From an uncultured Spirochaetota bacterium (lineage in GTDB: Bacteria > Spirochaetota > Spirochaetia > SZUA-6 > Fen-1364), in contig CAVTHO010000008.1 of the NCBI GenBank assembly GCA_963734545.1, forward strand, positions 800,001-864,000: DNA of 64,000 nt, read 5' to 3'. A model generated the notes under the pieces. It saw only the letters and a program-made list of their open reading frames with translations. It searched no databases and was not told the origin of the DNA. The position numbers and the translations under genes were made by a program. The first letter of the stretch is position 1. The number at the start of each line of letters is the position of its first letter. This document shows positions 1 to 9,728 of the stretch, one piece after another.

Positions 1-454
1 CGAGCCAGCTGAGCTGGAACAGGCCGATGTGCGTCAGGGCGGAGAAGGAATCGAAACCCCGGGAGAAGATGAAGCGCCACACGTAGCCGATGATGATGAG
101 GCTTATGATATTCGGGATGTAAAACGCCGCGCGCAGGACATTCCTGCCCCGGATGTCGCTGTCAAGGACGACGGCAAGAAGCAGCGCGAGGACATTCGTC
201 ACCAGGACGGTGACAAGGGTAAAAATGACCGTGAAGACGACGGCGAGCAGGAGGTCCCGGTCATTCGTGAGCAGCTCGCGGTAGTTGGCAAGACCGATCC
301 ATTTCGGCACCTTGTCGAGACCGTTCCACCGGGTGAATGAATACATCACGCTCATGAGAAAGGGGATTTCCACGAAAGCCAGGATGGCGATGACGGCGGG
401 CCCCGTCATTCCAAGGAACTCCAGGGCCCGCCTCAGGTGCTTACTTCGATGCAT
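1..454 (-). CDS. Carbohydrate ABC transporter permease, N-terminal part (runs off the window)
   Basis: Manual translation from ATG at 454: MHRSKHLRRALEFLGMTGPAVIAILAFVEIPFLMSVMYSFTRWNGLDKVPKWIGLANYRELL. The SFTxWNG...IGLxNY pattern is typical of CUT1 permeases; the start overlaps the SBP stop. Confidence 0.85.
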   Translation of the reverse strand, partial: MHRSKHLRRALEFLGMTGPAVIAILAFVEIPFLMSVMYSFTRWNGLDKVPKWIGLANYRELLTNDRDLLLAVVFTVIFTLVTVLVTNVLALLLAVVLDSDIRGRNVLRAAFYIPNIISLIIIGYVWRFIFSRGFDSFSALTHIGLFQLSWL

Positions 455-1676
455 TCACGATCTTCGTGTAGCTCGCGTCGAGCGCGGCGAGCGTCTGCTG
501 CCTGTTCGTCTGTCCGGCGCAGTATCCCTGGAGGATGATGCCCAGTCCCTGCTCCGTGCCGGTGGGGAACCGCTGATAGTACCAGGAGTAGCTGGGCGTC
601 TTCTTCGCCAGCAGGGCAACGGTCGCCTGCGCCAGCTCGGCCGTGGAGGCCTTTGCGCCGATGATGGGTGAAAGCTGCTTGATCTTGTCCGGGATCCACT
701 TCTTCCCGTACTCCGACGTGGTCAGCCAGCGCAGCCACGCGAGCGCGGCCTTCACGTTCTTCCCGTCCTTCGCGACGCGGATCGTCTGGTTCGAATCGAA
801 CATGATGCCCGCCTTGTCCGCCGCATTCCCCGTCGGGCCGAGCAGGAAGCCGATGTCGATATTCGGGCTGGTCTTGCGGATCGAGTCCTCCGCCCAGTTG
901 CCCTGGTGGATCATGGCAACCTTGCCCGTGGCAATCAGGGAGCACTGGTCATTGAAGTCCGACTCCAGCGGCTTCGGGCCGCCGTACTTCTTGATGAGGT
1001 CCAGCACGTCGAACACATTGCTCATTTCCCTGATATTCGCGAATTTCAGCGTTCCGGCGTTCATTCGGTCCACGAACTTCGCGTAGTCCCCGCTGTAGGC
1101 GTCCTTGATGGGGGCGAGGACCTGCCAGGCGGTCTGGGGGAGCACCCACCACTCCTTGAACCCGGTCGCAAAGGGCTGAATCCCTTTTGCCTGCAATTTC
1201 TGGCAGACAGCCTCATATTCCTTGATCGTCCGGGGCAGGGTGGTGATACCCGCATCGGCGAAAATCTTCTTGTTGTAGATGAATGAGTGCGACTGCACGA
1301 GGAACGGATATCCGATCACCTTCCCGTTCACCGTCACGCCGGTCAGGGCCGTCGGTTCCAGCGCTTTCATGAAATCTTCATTCGTCAGGTCATACACGTA
1401 GTCCTTGTACGTGTCGTTGTCCGCGTATGCGCTGCTCATGAAGACATCCGGAATGTCTCCCGAATTGAGCTTGGCGCGGAGGACGGTGACATAGTCGTTC
1501 TGCAGAACAGTCAGGTCGAGGGTCGTTCCGGTTTCCGCCAGGTACTGCTTGGCCATGTCATTGTACTGGTCGATCAGCTCGGGACTGTAGAAAAACAGCT
1601 TGAGCGTGACTCCCTGACCCATGGCAAGCGCCGTCACGAGCACAAGGAGTGAGAGCATGAGAAAGGTCTTCTTCAT
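441..1676 (-). CDS. Sugar ABC transporter extracellular solute-binding protein
   Basis: Signal peptide MKKTFLMLSLL, SGDIPDVF, IYNKKIF and GKVAM motifs of family 1 SBPs; AGGAGG RBS upstream of ATG 1676. Confidence 0.9.
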   Translation of the reverse strand: MKKTFLMLSLLVLVTALAMGQGVTLKLFFYSPELIDQYNDMAKQYLAETGTTLDLTVLQNDYVTVLRAKLNSGDIPDVFMSSAYADNDTYKDYVYDLTNEDFMKALEPTALTGVTVNGKVIGYPFLVQSHSFIYNKKIFADAGITTLPRTIKEYEAVCQKLQAKGIQPFATGFKEWWVLPQTAWQVLAPIKDAYSGDYAKFVDRMNAGTLKFANIREMSNVFDVLDLIKKYGGPKPLESDFNDQCSLIATGKVAMIHQGNWAEDSIRKTSPNIDIGFLLGPTGNAADKAGIMFDSNQTIRVAKDGKNVKAALAWLRWLTTSEYGKKWIPDKIKQLSPIIGAKASTAELAQATVALLAKKTPSYSWYYQRFPTGTEQGLGIILQGYCAGQTNRQQTLAALDASYTKIVNASK

Positions 1677-1719
1677 TTCCTGCCTCCTTCTGGGGATAGA
1701 GCCGGGGCTTCGCCCCGGA

Positions 1720-1739
1720 TATGATGCACGTTTATCATA
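1720..1739. promoter_or_regulatory. Putative LacI-family operator
   Basis: Imperfect palindrome TATGATGCACGTTTATCATA with central CG, between the divergent SBP and LacI genes. Confidence 0.6.
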
Positions 1740-1808
1740 CCGGAGGGTCCCTGTCAACTGAAAATGCCCTATTCATGATGACGGGTTTTGGCTATGCCTT
1801 ATGTCGGC

Positions 1809-2909
1809 ATGGGTGGCTTTGTCACGCAACAGGATATCGCGGATGCCCTCGGCATCTCCCTCATCACGGTTCATCGGGCACTGAACAGCTCGGGCTACGT
1901 GTCCAAGAAGCTCAAGGCACGGATCCTCGCCTATGCCAAGAAGGTCACCTATGTCCCCCACAAGGCCTCGCAGATACTGAAGAGGAACAAGGTCCGCAAG
2001 GTCGCCGTGTTTTCGTCCACCCTGCCCCGCTATTTCTGGAATGACATCAGGACGGGAATCACGATCGGCTCGGAGCAGGTGCAGCCCTTCAACTACCAGG
2101 TGCGCTATCACATGATCCCGGAGAGAAACTCCCGGCTCTATCTCGCGCGGCTGAAGTCCGCGGTCGCGGAGGGCGTGGAGGCGGTCGCTTTCGTCAATCA
2201 GTGGATCTATGACATGAAATCGATCATTGCCTACATCGATCGGGTCGGAATTCCCTATCTCACGCTGAATGTCGATGCCCCGAACAGCCGCCGCGTCTGT
2301 TACATCGGCCCTGACTACCGAGCCGGGGGCAGATTGGCTGCCGAGTATATCGGCAAGACGCTTCTGTTCCGGAAGAACCCGCGCGTGCTCGTGATCACGG
2401 CGCGCAGGGAGGGGATCACAGGGTCCCACGCTCCCGACATCAACAATCTCCGATATGAGGGTTTCCTGGCAGTTCTCCAGAAAAGCCTCGGCCGCATACA
2501 CCATGAAGTGGGATACCTGACCTCGGAGATGCGCTCGAAGGAAGTTGGCAGCCAGATCCAGGAGCTCCTGAATTCCGCCCGGGGCAACGTGGACGCGATC
2601 TATCTCATTGCAGCCTACAATGCGCAATTCATACAGGCCCTGGAGCAAAGCCCGCGTCCCCGGACACTTGTCGTTCTCCATGATCTGGATCCTTCGTCGA
2701 ATCACTACCTGGAAAAGAATCCGCTCGCCGCCGTCATCTACCAGAATCCCATTCTCCAGGGCTACTATGCGGTCAAGATACTGGAGAACATGCTCGAATC
2801 GGGTCATCCACCGGACATCCGGCAGATCAACATCGTGCACAGCATCATCCTGAACGAAAACAAGGACCTGTACAGGAATCACTACCTCTTCACGAAGATG
2901 ATCGATTGA
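1809..2909 (+). CDS. LacI-family transcriptional regulator
   Basis: N-terminal HTH VTQQDIADALGISLITVHRALN followed by a periplasmic-binding-fold domain (YIGPDYRAGGRLAAEY). Confidence 0.9.
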   Translation: MGGFVTQQDIADALGISLITVHRALNSSGYVSKKLKARILAYAKKVTYVPHKASQILKRNKVRKVAVFSSTLPRYFWNDIRTGITIGSEQVQPFNYQVRYHMIPERNSRLYLARLKSAVAEGVEAVAFVNQWIYDMKSIIAYIDRVGIPYLTLNVDAPNSRRVCYIGPDYRAGGRLAAEYIGKTLLFRKNPRVLVITARREGITGSHAPDINNLRYEGFLAVLQKSLGRIHHEVGYLTSEMRSKEVGSQIQELLNSARGNVDAIYLIAAYNAQFIQALEQSPRPRTLVVLHDLDPSSNHYLEKNPLAAVIYQNPILQGYYAVKILENMLESGHPPDIRQINIVHSIILNENKDLYRNHYLFTKMID

Positions 2910-2917
2910 GGTGCCGT

Positions 2918-3111
2918 ATGGAGCTGATGGAAGCGATTTCCCAAAGGCGCAGCATCCGCAGGTTCAAGGATACGCCGGTGCCACGCGAGCTGGTCGAGGA
3001 GGTCCTTGCCGCTGCCGTGCGCGCGCCATCGGCAAAGAACTCCCAGCCATGGCGGCCGCGCGGCCCCGCACGCCCTGGCAGGAGCTGACGATGTGGCGGG
3101 AGGAAGAGTAG
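2918..3111 (+). pseudogene. Nitroreductase remnant with internal deletion
   Basis: MELMEAISQRRSIRRFK...APSAKNSQPWR N-terminus joined out of frame to a nitroreductase-like C-terminus (RPRTPWQELTMWREEE*); the middle of the fold is missing. Confidence 0.7.
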
Positions 3112-3152
3112 CAGGGATGGCCCCCGGGGGCCGATTCTGATATGATGGGCTC

Positions 3153-3431
3153 ATGGAATGGCGTGCAAGTCACATACTGGTAAGAGACAAGCGTCTGGCC
3201 GACGAGCTCTTGAAAAAAATCAAGCTCGGCGCGGGCTTCGAAGCAATGGCCCGGGATCATTCCACCTGCCCGTCGAAATCCCGGGGTGGAGACCTGGGAT
3301 GGTTCGGGCCCGGCAAGATGGTGCCGGCATTCGAAGAGGCCTGCAAGAGGCTCTCATCGGGATCCCTCAGCGACATAGTCTCCACGTCGTTCGGCTATCA
3401 CATCATCAAGCTCACCGGCCGCAAGGAGTAG
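3153..3431 (+). CDS. ppiC: Parvulin-type peptidyl-prolyl cis-trans isomerase
   Basis: ASHILV, HSTCPS, GGDLGWF, MVPAFEEA and FGYHII motifs; 92 aa. Confidence 0.95.
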   Translation: MEWRASHILVRDKRLADELLKKIKLGAGFEAMARDHSTCPSKSRGGDLGWFGPGKMVPAFEEACKRLSSGSLSDIVSTSFGYHIIKLTGRKE

Positions 3432-3510
3432 CCAGGCCTCCACGGCCGCGGCCGAGAGCTGCATACCACGCGGGACGCGCCCATGGTATAATCAGGGGAA
3501 GGAGCGAGAA

Positions 3511-3834
3511 ATGACGTTCGCAGAGAAGATGCAGGGCATAATCAACAAGGGCGTGGCGGCAACGAAGGACCTGGCAAGCAAGGCCGGCGAGAAGGCAAAA
3601 GACCTCGGCGCCAAAGGCATGGTCAAGGTGGAAATCATGCAGCTGGAGTCTCACGCGGAAAAGGTCATTGCCCGGCTCGGCAACGAAGTCTACAGGGCCC
3701 TTGTCGAGAAGAACGGCACCTCGGTGAGCCGGGATACTCCGCTGATCAGCGACATGCTCAAGGAAATCGAGGACCTCCGCGCAAAGATCGAGGTGAAGGA
3801 AAAGGAGTACCATTCGATCGGCGGCAAGGAATAG
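3511..3834 (+). CDS. Small helical/coiled-coil hypothetical protein
   Basis: 107 aa Lys/Glu-rich ORF with TG-N-TATAAT promoter and GGAAGGAG RBS. Confidence 0.75.
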   Translation: MTFAEKMQGIINKGVAATKDLASKAGEKAKDLGAKGMVKVEIMQLESHAEKVIARLGNEVYRALVEKNGTSVSRDTPLISDMLKEIEDLRAKIEVKEKEYHSIGGKE

Positions 3835-3895
3835 GAGCGCCTCGCGGGTTTCTCTCCGTCCGGCGCCCCGCGCCTCTTCTGAAGGGCCACGCGGC

Positions 3896-5134
3896 CTACA
3901 TCGAAGCCTTCACCACGACAACGGCCTGCATGGAGGGATGTATTTCGCAATGGTAGGAGTACGTCCCTGCCGCATTGAACGTCATTGAGAAGCTGCCGCC
4001 GGGGGCGATATCTCCTGAGCGCCAGAGCCCCGTGTCACTGGTCACCGTGTGCGGCACCGAGTCCGTATTTGTCCAGGTAACGGCCTGACCCGCCGCCACA
4101 GTGATCGTGTCTTCGAATGCAAATCCTGAAATGCGTGTCCGCGCGGTTCCGGCACGCGACATCGACGCTGCCGGCCCGGAGGGCTGGATGACGATCTTGC
4201 GCGGCGCGTTGCCCACCGGGACGGTCCCGATCACCGACAGGGTGGCCAGATTCACGACCGAGACATCGTTGGAGCCCTCGTTGGTCACGTAGGCCGTGCG
4301 CCCGTCCGCGGCCAGCGCGATCCAATGCGGCAGCGTGCCGACCTTCACATCTGCCCGCACCGTGTCGCCGGCAGGGTCGATGACGTACAGCGCGCCGGGG
4401 CCCTGGCTCACGACCAGCGCGGTGGCGCCGTCCGGAGAGAAAAGCGGGAGATGGGGGGACGCGCCCACGGGCACCTGGCGCGCAATCGTATTGCTCGCCG
4501 TGTCGAGCACCTGCACCGAATCCGAGCCTGCCAGCGTGAAGTAGAGCTTCTTCCCATCCGGACTGAGGTTCAGCGCCCGCGGCGTCTTGTCCAGGGGCAC
4601 GGCCCCCTTCTGACGCATGCGAGGTATGTCCAGAATGACGAGCGCGAGGGCGCCCTTGCCCTGCGCCGCAACGTAGGCGGTGCCGCCGTCCGGGCTGATG
4701 GCGATATTGTGGGGGCTCGCCACGGGTAATGCGCCGACCACGGTGTTGCTCGCCGTGTCGATGAAAGCGACCTGGCCGGCTCCGAAGACAGCGGCCAGCA
4801 GCGTCCTTCCATCCGGGGTCATGGCAAGGCCGTGAGGAGACTTGCCGACCTCGATCGTCGTGACGACGGCGTCGGTTGCCGTGTCGATGACGCTCACCTT
4901 CGTGTCCCCGTCACTGCTGGCGTAGACGCTCTTCCCGCTGGGAGTGATGGCAAGACCATGGGGCCCGGTCGGTATGGGAATCGTGCGGAGAAGCCGGTTG
5001 GTCGCCGTGTCGAGCACGGCAACAGCGTTGTCCTTGAAGAGGCCTACGTACGCCTTCGCTCCTGCCGCGAAGGACGCGGTTGCCGCAAGTACCGCAAGCA
5101 CCAGGAAAATGAAGAATATCCTTGAGGATCTCAT
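3896..5134 (-). CDS. Secreted YVTN beta-propeller protein with C-terminal cupredoxin domain
   Basis: Signal peptide, repeated IPVGxxPHGLAITPDG/YVTN blades, and C-terminal PHTVT...YHCEIHPSM type-1 copper ligands (His, Cys, His, Met). Confidence 0.85.
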   Translation of the reverse strand: MRSSRIFFIFLVLAVLAATASFAAGAKAYVGLFKDNAVAVLDTATNRLLRTIPIPTGPHGLAITPSGKSVYASSDGDTKVSVIDTATDAVVTTIEVGKSPHGLAMTPDGRTLLAAVFGAGQVAFIDTASNTVVGALPVASPHNIAISPDGGTAYVAAQGKGALALVILDIPRMRQKGAVPLDKTPRALNLSPDGKKLYFTLAGSDSVQVLDTASNTIARQVPVGASPHLPLFSPDGATALVVSQGPGALYVIDPAGDTVRADVKVGTLPHWIALAADGRTAYVTNEGSNDVSVVNLATLSVIGTVPVGNAPRKIVIQPSGPAASMSRAGTARTRISGFAFEDTITVAAGQAVTWTNTDSVPHTVTSDTGLWRSGDIAPGGSFSMTFNAAGTYSYHCEIHPSMQAVVVVKASM

Positions 5135-5178
5135 TCGATCCGCTCCTTTCTGTGACCGCGTATCCGCGGTGCGAGTCC

Positions 5179-6219
5179 CTATTGTGCCCGCCACCTGATG
5201 ACCTCGGGGCCGGCGGGGACGGGACTCCCTCCCGCCGGCTCCTGCGTCACTTTCACTTCCTCGGGAAGCTCCATGAACGCCTTCCCTTCGGCGACGAGCA
5301 GCCCCTCCCCCTCCGAGTCCGGAGTGAAAGTACCCATGGTGGTCCACGCGCCCCGGTGAAGGACCCAGGCCTGGTACGTCCTTCCTGATGGTGCCGGGGC
5401 GAAATTGTGCAGGGCAATGATGCCCAGCGGGGTCCCCGGCCTGCCGCGGTACGAGCCGTGCGTGGCGGCCGGCACGCCGGGAGCTGCCGGTATGTGCTGG
5501 GTGGTGATGTCGCTTGCCGTGGCCATGGAAAGCGCGCGCTCATGACGCTGCGCCACGATGCGCTGCTGGTTGAACCTCACACCGGCGCCGAAAAGGAGGG
5601 CGAGGGCCACCGCGGCCACGCCGAGGGGCGCCAGGATGTAGCGCAGCTTCTGCACGCCTGCCCGGATACGTGTCTTCACGGTGCCCAGGGGAAGATTCAG
5701 CGCAACAGCCACCTGGTCGTGCGTAAGCTCATCGAAAAACGCAAGGCTCAATGCCTGGCGCTGCGCGGGGGGCAGGCGTTCCACCGCCGCGCGGACGGCT
5801 TCCTGCCTGTACGCCTGCCACGCTGCTTCAACCGGTTCCGCGGTAGTGTCGGGAAGCTCGTCCACCACCTCCGCGGTCACCTCCGGGTCCAGCCGCGGCC
5901 TGCGGCTGCGGGCGCGAAGCTCATTGAGGATTCGAAAATGGGCGATCTGCAGAAGCCAGGGCCGAAGCGCGCCTCTTCTCGGATCATAGGTGTCCGCCTT
6001 GCGCCAGACCGCAAGGAACACGTCCTGCACGATATCCTCAGCGGATCCGGGATCGAGGCTCTGGGAGGCGATGTGGAAGACAAGGGGCGCGTAGCGCGCA
6101 AAGAGCGGCTGGAGCGCCCCCGGGCTCCTGCGGGCGAGCGCCTGCATGAGCTTCTCGTCGCTCGGGTCTGCCTCAGGGGACGTGAGGGGAGGTGTTTTCA
6201 TTGCCTGCATTCCATTCAC
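5179..6219 (-). CDS. ECF sigma factor fused to a TM helix and an RskA-like anti-sigma extracytoplasmic domain
   Basis: Sigma2 (AEDIVQDVFLAVWR...WLLQIA), sigma4 (LPPAQRQAL...LPLGTVKTRIR), hydrophobic helix, then RskA-type APSGRTYQAW...VTQEPAGGSPVPAGP. Start may be ATG 6210 or 6201. Confidence 0.85.
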   Translation of the reverse strand: MNGMQAMKTPPLTSPEADPSDEKLMQALARRSPGALQPLFARYAPLVFHIASQSLDPGSAEDIVQDVFLAVWRKADTYDPRRGALRPWLLQIAHFRILNELRARSRRPRLDPEVTAEVVDELPDTTAEPVEAAWQAYRQEAVRAAVERLPPAQRQALSLAFFDELTHDQVAVALNLPLGTVKTRIRAGVQKLRYILAPLGVAAVALALLFGAGVRFNQQRIVAQRHERALSMATASDITTQHIPAAPGVPAATHGSYRGRPGTPLGIIALHNFAPAPSGRTYQAWVLHRGAWTTMGTFTPDSEGEGLLVAEGKAFMELPEEVKVTQEPAGGSPVPAGPEVIRWRAQ

Positions 6220-6253
6220 GTAAAGTTACTACACCGGAGAGGCGCTGTTGGAT

Positions 6254-7996
6254 TCAGCCCAGGCGAACGACGCTGTCGACGATTGCCAGCTCCCGTTCGC
6301 GATGGGTGATAAGGATGAGCGTTCTGCCCTGCAGCTTCCGGGCAAGCGTGTCGAGCAGCAGGCCGGCCGTCCGATCATCGAGCCCCTCCGTGGGCTCATC
6401 CAGGACATAGACAGGCGCCGCCCGGAGCAGGGCCCGGGCCACGGCAATGCGCTGGAGCTCTCCCGTGGAGATTTCCCGGCCGGTTTCCCCGACGACCGTC
6501 TCCAGGCCGTCCGGCAGAGCCGCAATGAGCTCCGTCAGCTGCGCGGCCTGGAGCGCCGGCAGGAGAGCCGCGTCCTGCCCCGCGGAGTCCAAACCGGGCG
6601 GGAGCGCGATCAGCAGGTTCTCACGAATGCTGGCATGAAAAAGGTACGGCGCCTGGGGCACCACGGAAAAGAGCCTGCGGACATCTTCAGGCGCCATCGA
6701 TCGCAGGTCATACCCGTCGGAACTGGCCGCCCCCATTGCGTCGGCGGCGTTGAATACCCGGATGCTTCCGGATTCAAAATCCCAGAAACGCAGGAGGACA
6801 TTGACGATCGAGCTCTTCCCCGCTCCCGTGGGTCCGATGATGCCCAGCCGCGCGCCGGCAGGGACGTCGAATGACAGTCCGTCTATCGCCGGGGGCTGCT
6901 CAGGAGAATATCGAAAGCGAAGATCCCGGATCGACAGGGATACCGGGCCGGCCGTCTTCATTCCCGGGGGCGCGAAGACCGGGGCCGAGGGCCCCTTTTT
7001 CGCGGTCCCCCTGGCCGCGGGTTCCTTCACAGCCGGCTCGGCGTCGATGATCTGGAAAAGGCGGCGCGCCGCCGCGGTCATTTCCCCCGCCCTCTGCATG
7101 ACGCCGGGCAGCGGCATGATCGTCTCGAAGCTGGCAAGGACGAGCACGGTCAGCATGGCCATGTCGGCGCGCGGCAGCCCGCCGCCGGCGACAACAGGCA
7201 CGAGCACAAAGGCGGCGGCCCACACGGCAAGGGCGCTCGCCCCGACGATGCCTGCCTCGCCGAGCCCCTGCAGCGAGGCGAGCGTGCGCTGACGCCGGTC
7301 CATCTCCCGGCCCGCCGCCTCGATGCGTGCCGCATGCGCGCCCGCCGCGCCGAGCGCCACAAGCTCCGCCATTCCCTGGACCTCCTCGACGATCGAGGCG
7401 CGGAGCTCCGCTGCCCACGCGACGCGCTCGCGCCCCGGACGCGCGGACAGCCGGTGCAGAAGCAGCGGGAGGAGGACGCCGGAGAAAGCCAGGGCGGCCG
7501 CGTCGATCACGGCGAGACGGGCGTCGAAGCGCGCGAGGAACGGGACGATGCACGAGACGGCGAGCACCGCCACGATGGAGGGAACGACCCCGCGCACATA
7601 GAAGTCGTCCAGCGTGTCGATGTCGGCCCGGATGCGGCTCAGCAGATCGCCGCTCCGATACGAGGACAGGCGCGCGGGGGCGAGGGGCTCGATGCGCGCG
7701 TAGAACCAGACGCGGAGGGCGGAGAGGATCCTGAACGTGACGTCGTGATTCACGAGCCTCTCGGCATAGCGCCCCGCGGCCCTGCCGAGGGCCAGGGCGC
7801 GGACGCCCGCGCCGGCGGTCGTGTAGTCCATCAGCACGCCCGCCAGGCCCGCGATGGCCATCGACGCGATGAACCAGCTCGAGAGCGCGAGCAGGCCGAC
7901 ATTGGCCAGGAGCGTCGCGAGGGAGAGAACGAGCCCGAGCACCGCCAGCCGCCAGTGGGGACGTACGAGCTTCAGCAGGCGAAACAGGTCTCTCAT
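6254..7996 (-). CDS. cydC: Thiol/heme ABC exporter subunit CydC
   Basis: GLLALSSWFI...GVRALALGR..GRYAERLVNHDVTFR signature; Walker A GPTGAGKS and LDEPT. Confidence 0.93.
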   Translation of the reverse strand: MRDLFRLLKLVRPHWRLAVLGLVLSLATLLANVGLLALSSWFIASMAIAGLAGVLMDYTTAGAGVRALALGRAAGRYAERLVNHDVTFRILSALRVWFYARIEPLAPARLSSYRSGDLLSRIRADIDTLDDFYVRGVVPSIVAVLAVSCIVPFLARFDARLAVIDAAALAFSGVLLPLLLHRLSARPGRERVAWAAELRASIVEEVQGMAELVALGAAGAHAARIEAAGREMDRRQRTLASLQGLGEAGIVGASALAVWAAAFVLVPVVAGGGLPRADMAMLTVLVLASFETIMPLPGVMQRAGEMTAAARRLFQIIDAEPAVKEPAARGTAKKGPSAPVFAPPGMKTAGPVSLSIRDLRFRYSPEQPPAIDGLSFDVPAGARLGIIGPTGAGKSSIVNVLLRFWDFESGSIRVFNAADAMGAASSDGYDLRSMAPEDVRRLFSVVPQAPYLFHASIRENLLIALPPGLDSAGQDAALLPALQAAQLTELIAALPDGLETVVGETGREISTGELQRIAVARALLRAAPVYVLDEPTEGLDDRTAGLLLDTLARKLQGRTLILITHRERELAIVDSVVRLG

Positions 7997-9728
7997 GACG
8001 CCTCGCGTATCCGGCCGGCGTCGAGGACGAGCACTCGATCCACCCCGGGGGCCGGGCGATGGGTCACCAGGACCATGGTGCGGCCCTCTGCCAGGCTGCG
8101 GATTCCGGCGTTCACCATGCGCTCACTCTCCGCGTCCAGGTGGGCGGTCGGCTCGTCCAGGAGGACCAGGCCCGGGTCACGCAGGAACAGGCGGGCCAGC
8201 GCGACGCGCTGGAGCTGTCCCGTGGAGAGCCCCTGTCCCCCCTCCCCGACGCGTGTGTGGAGCCCGGCAGGCATCCGCTCGACGAACTCGGACGCGTGTG
8301 AAAGCCGCAGCGCTTCCTCGATCTCGCGTTCGTTGGCGGATGGCCGGCCGAGAATGATATTGTCCCGCAGCGTGCCGTGAAACAGGGTCGGCCGCTGCGG
8401 CAGCCACGCGACCGTGTCGAGCCACGCGCGCTGGTCGAGGCCGCGCAGATCGTTCCCGTCGATGAGCAGCCGGCCGCTGCCGGGCGTGGCGAAGCCCAGG
8501 AGCAGGGAAAGGAGCGTCGACTTGCCTGCGCCGCTCGCCCCGAGCACCGCGACATGTTCCCGGGAGCTGACGGAGAAAGTCACGCCTTGCAGGATGGGCC
8601 GCTCTTCATAGGCGAAGGAGACGTCTTCAAAAGCCACTGCGCGCGCATGCGGCCGGGGAGGGATGCGCGCCCCGGACATTTGCGCTGCCGTACCCGGCGG
8701 ATTTGGCGCTGCCGTACCCGGCGGATTTGGCGCTGCCGTGCCGGCGGGGGGTGAGGATTCCGGACCCGGGCCGGGCCCGCCTGCAAAAGGACCCGCACCT
8801 GGTCGGCCGCGCTGACCGCCTCCATGCGCGAATGATAGAAGGTTCCCAGGGTGCGGAGGGTGAGGAAATACTCGGGAGCGATGAGAAGTATGAAGTATCC
8901 CGGGGCGAACTGCATGGAGGCGGAAAGCAGCCGCAGCCCGGAGAGTATGGCGACCAGGGCGATGCTGACGCTCGAAATCAGCTCCAGCATGAATGAAGAG
9001 AGGAATGCGACCTTGAGAACCGACATCGTCATGCCGCGGTATTCCTCGGAGGTACGGGCGATCTCTTCCGCCTCGCGCCGCGAGGCGTCGAACATCTTCA
9101 GCGTGGCCAGTCCCTGGAGCGCGTCGAGAAAATGCCCGCTCATCCGGGCGAGCTTCCCCCACAGACGCTGGTTGCGGGCGTGCGATTCTTCGCCGATGAC
9201 GATCATGTTCAGGGGAAGAAACACCGCGGTGAGGACGAGGACGAGTCCCGAGATCCAGTCCAGCGGAAACACCACGGCGAGGATCGTGAACGGCAGCAGG
9301 GTGGCGATGGCCCGTTGAGGCAGGTACTTCGAGAAGTAGGCATCCAGGGCTTCCACTGCGTCGACCGCCGTGTGCGCGATCTCCCCCGCACGCATGCCGG
9401 CGAGTGCAATCGGTCCGATGGACTGGAGGTGTCCACCAAGCTCCCTGCGCAGCGTCTGTTTGGCGCCGGACGCGCACTCGAACGCTGCGCGCCGGGATCC
9501 CCAGGTGACGACGGCGCGCAGAAGGACCACGCCCAGGAGCGCCGCGAAAAAGGGCAGGAGGCCGCGAAGGGTGCGCCCGCCGAACATGACGCCGTTGCCG
9601 ATCTGGACCAGGAGCGAAGTCTGGAGGATCAGGAGGATTCCCGACAGCTCGCCCAGCGCGACCGTCAGGGCGAGATTGGGCCGGGCAGGACGGCTTCTGC
9701 CGCGCAGCCAGGTGGACGTACTCGTCAT
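7993..9728 (-). CDS. cydD: Thiol/heme ABC exporter subunit CydD (frameshift near 8740-8790, probably a sequencing error)
   Basis: TMD frame (YFSKYLPQ, SGHFLDALQGL, LLIAPEYF..LRTLGTFYH) and NBD frame (GASGAGKS, LSTGQLQR, LDEPTAHLD) lie in different frames, joined in the linker. Confidence 0.88.
8682..8747. repeat. 24-bp tandem repeat (~2.7 copies) in the CydD linker
   Basis: GCGCTGCCGTACCCGGCGGATTTG at 8682 and 8706, plus a degenerate third copy at 8730; encodes PNPPGTAA repeats on the minus strand. Confidence 0.9.

Noticed and set aside
8682-8747. Direct repeats as a possible CRISPR array
   Set aside because: Units are contiguous with no spacers, lie inside a CDS, and no cas genes are present.
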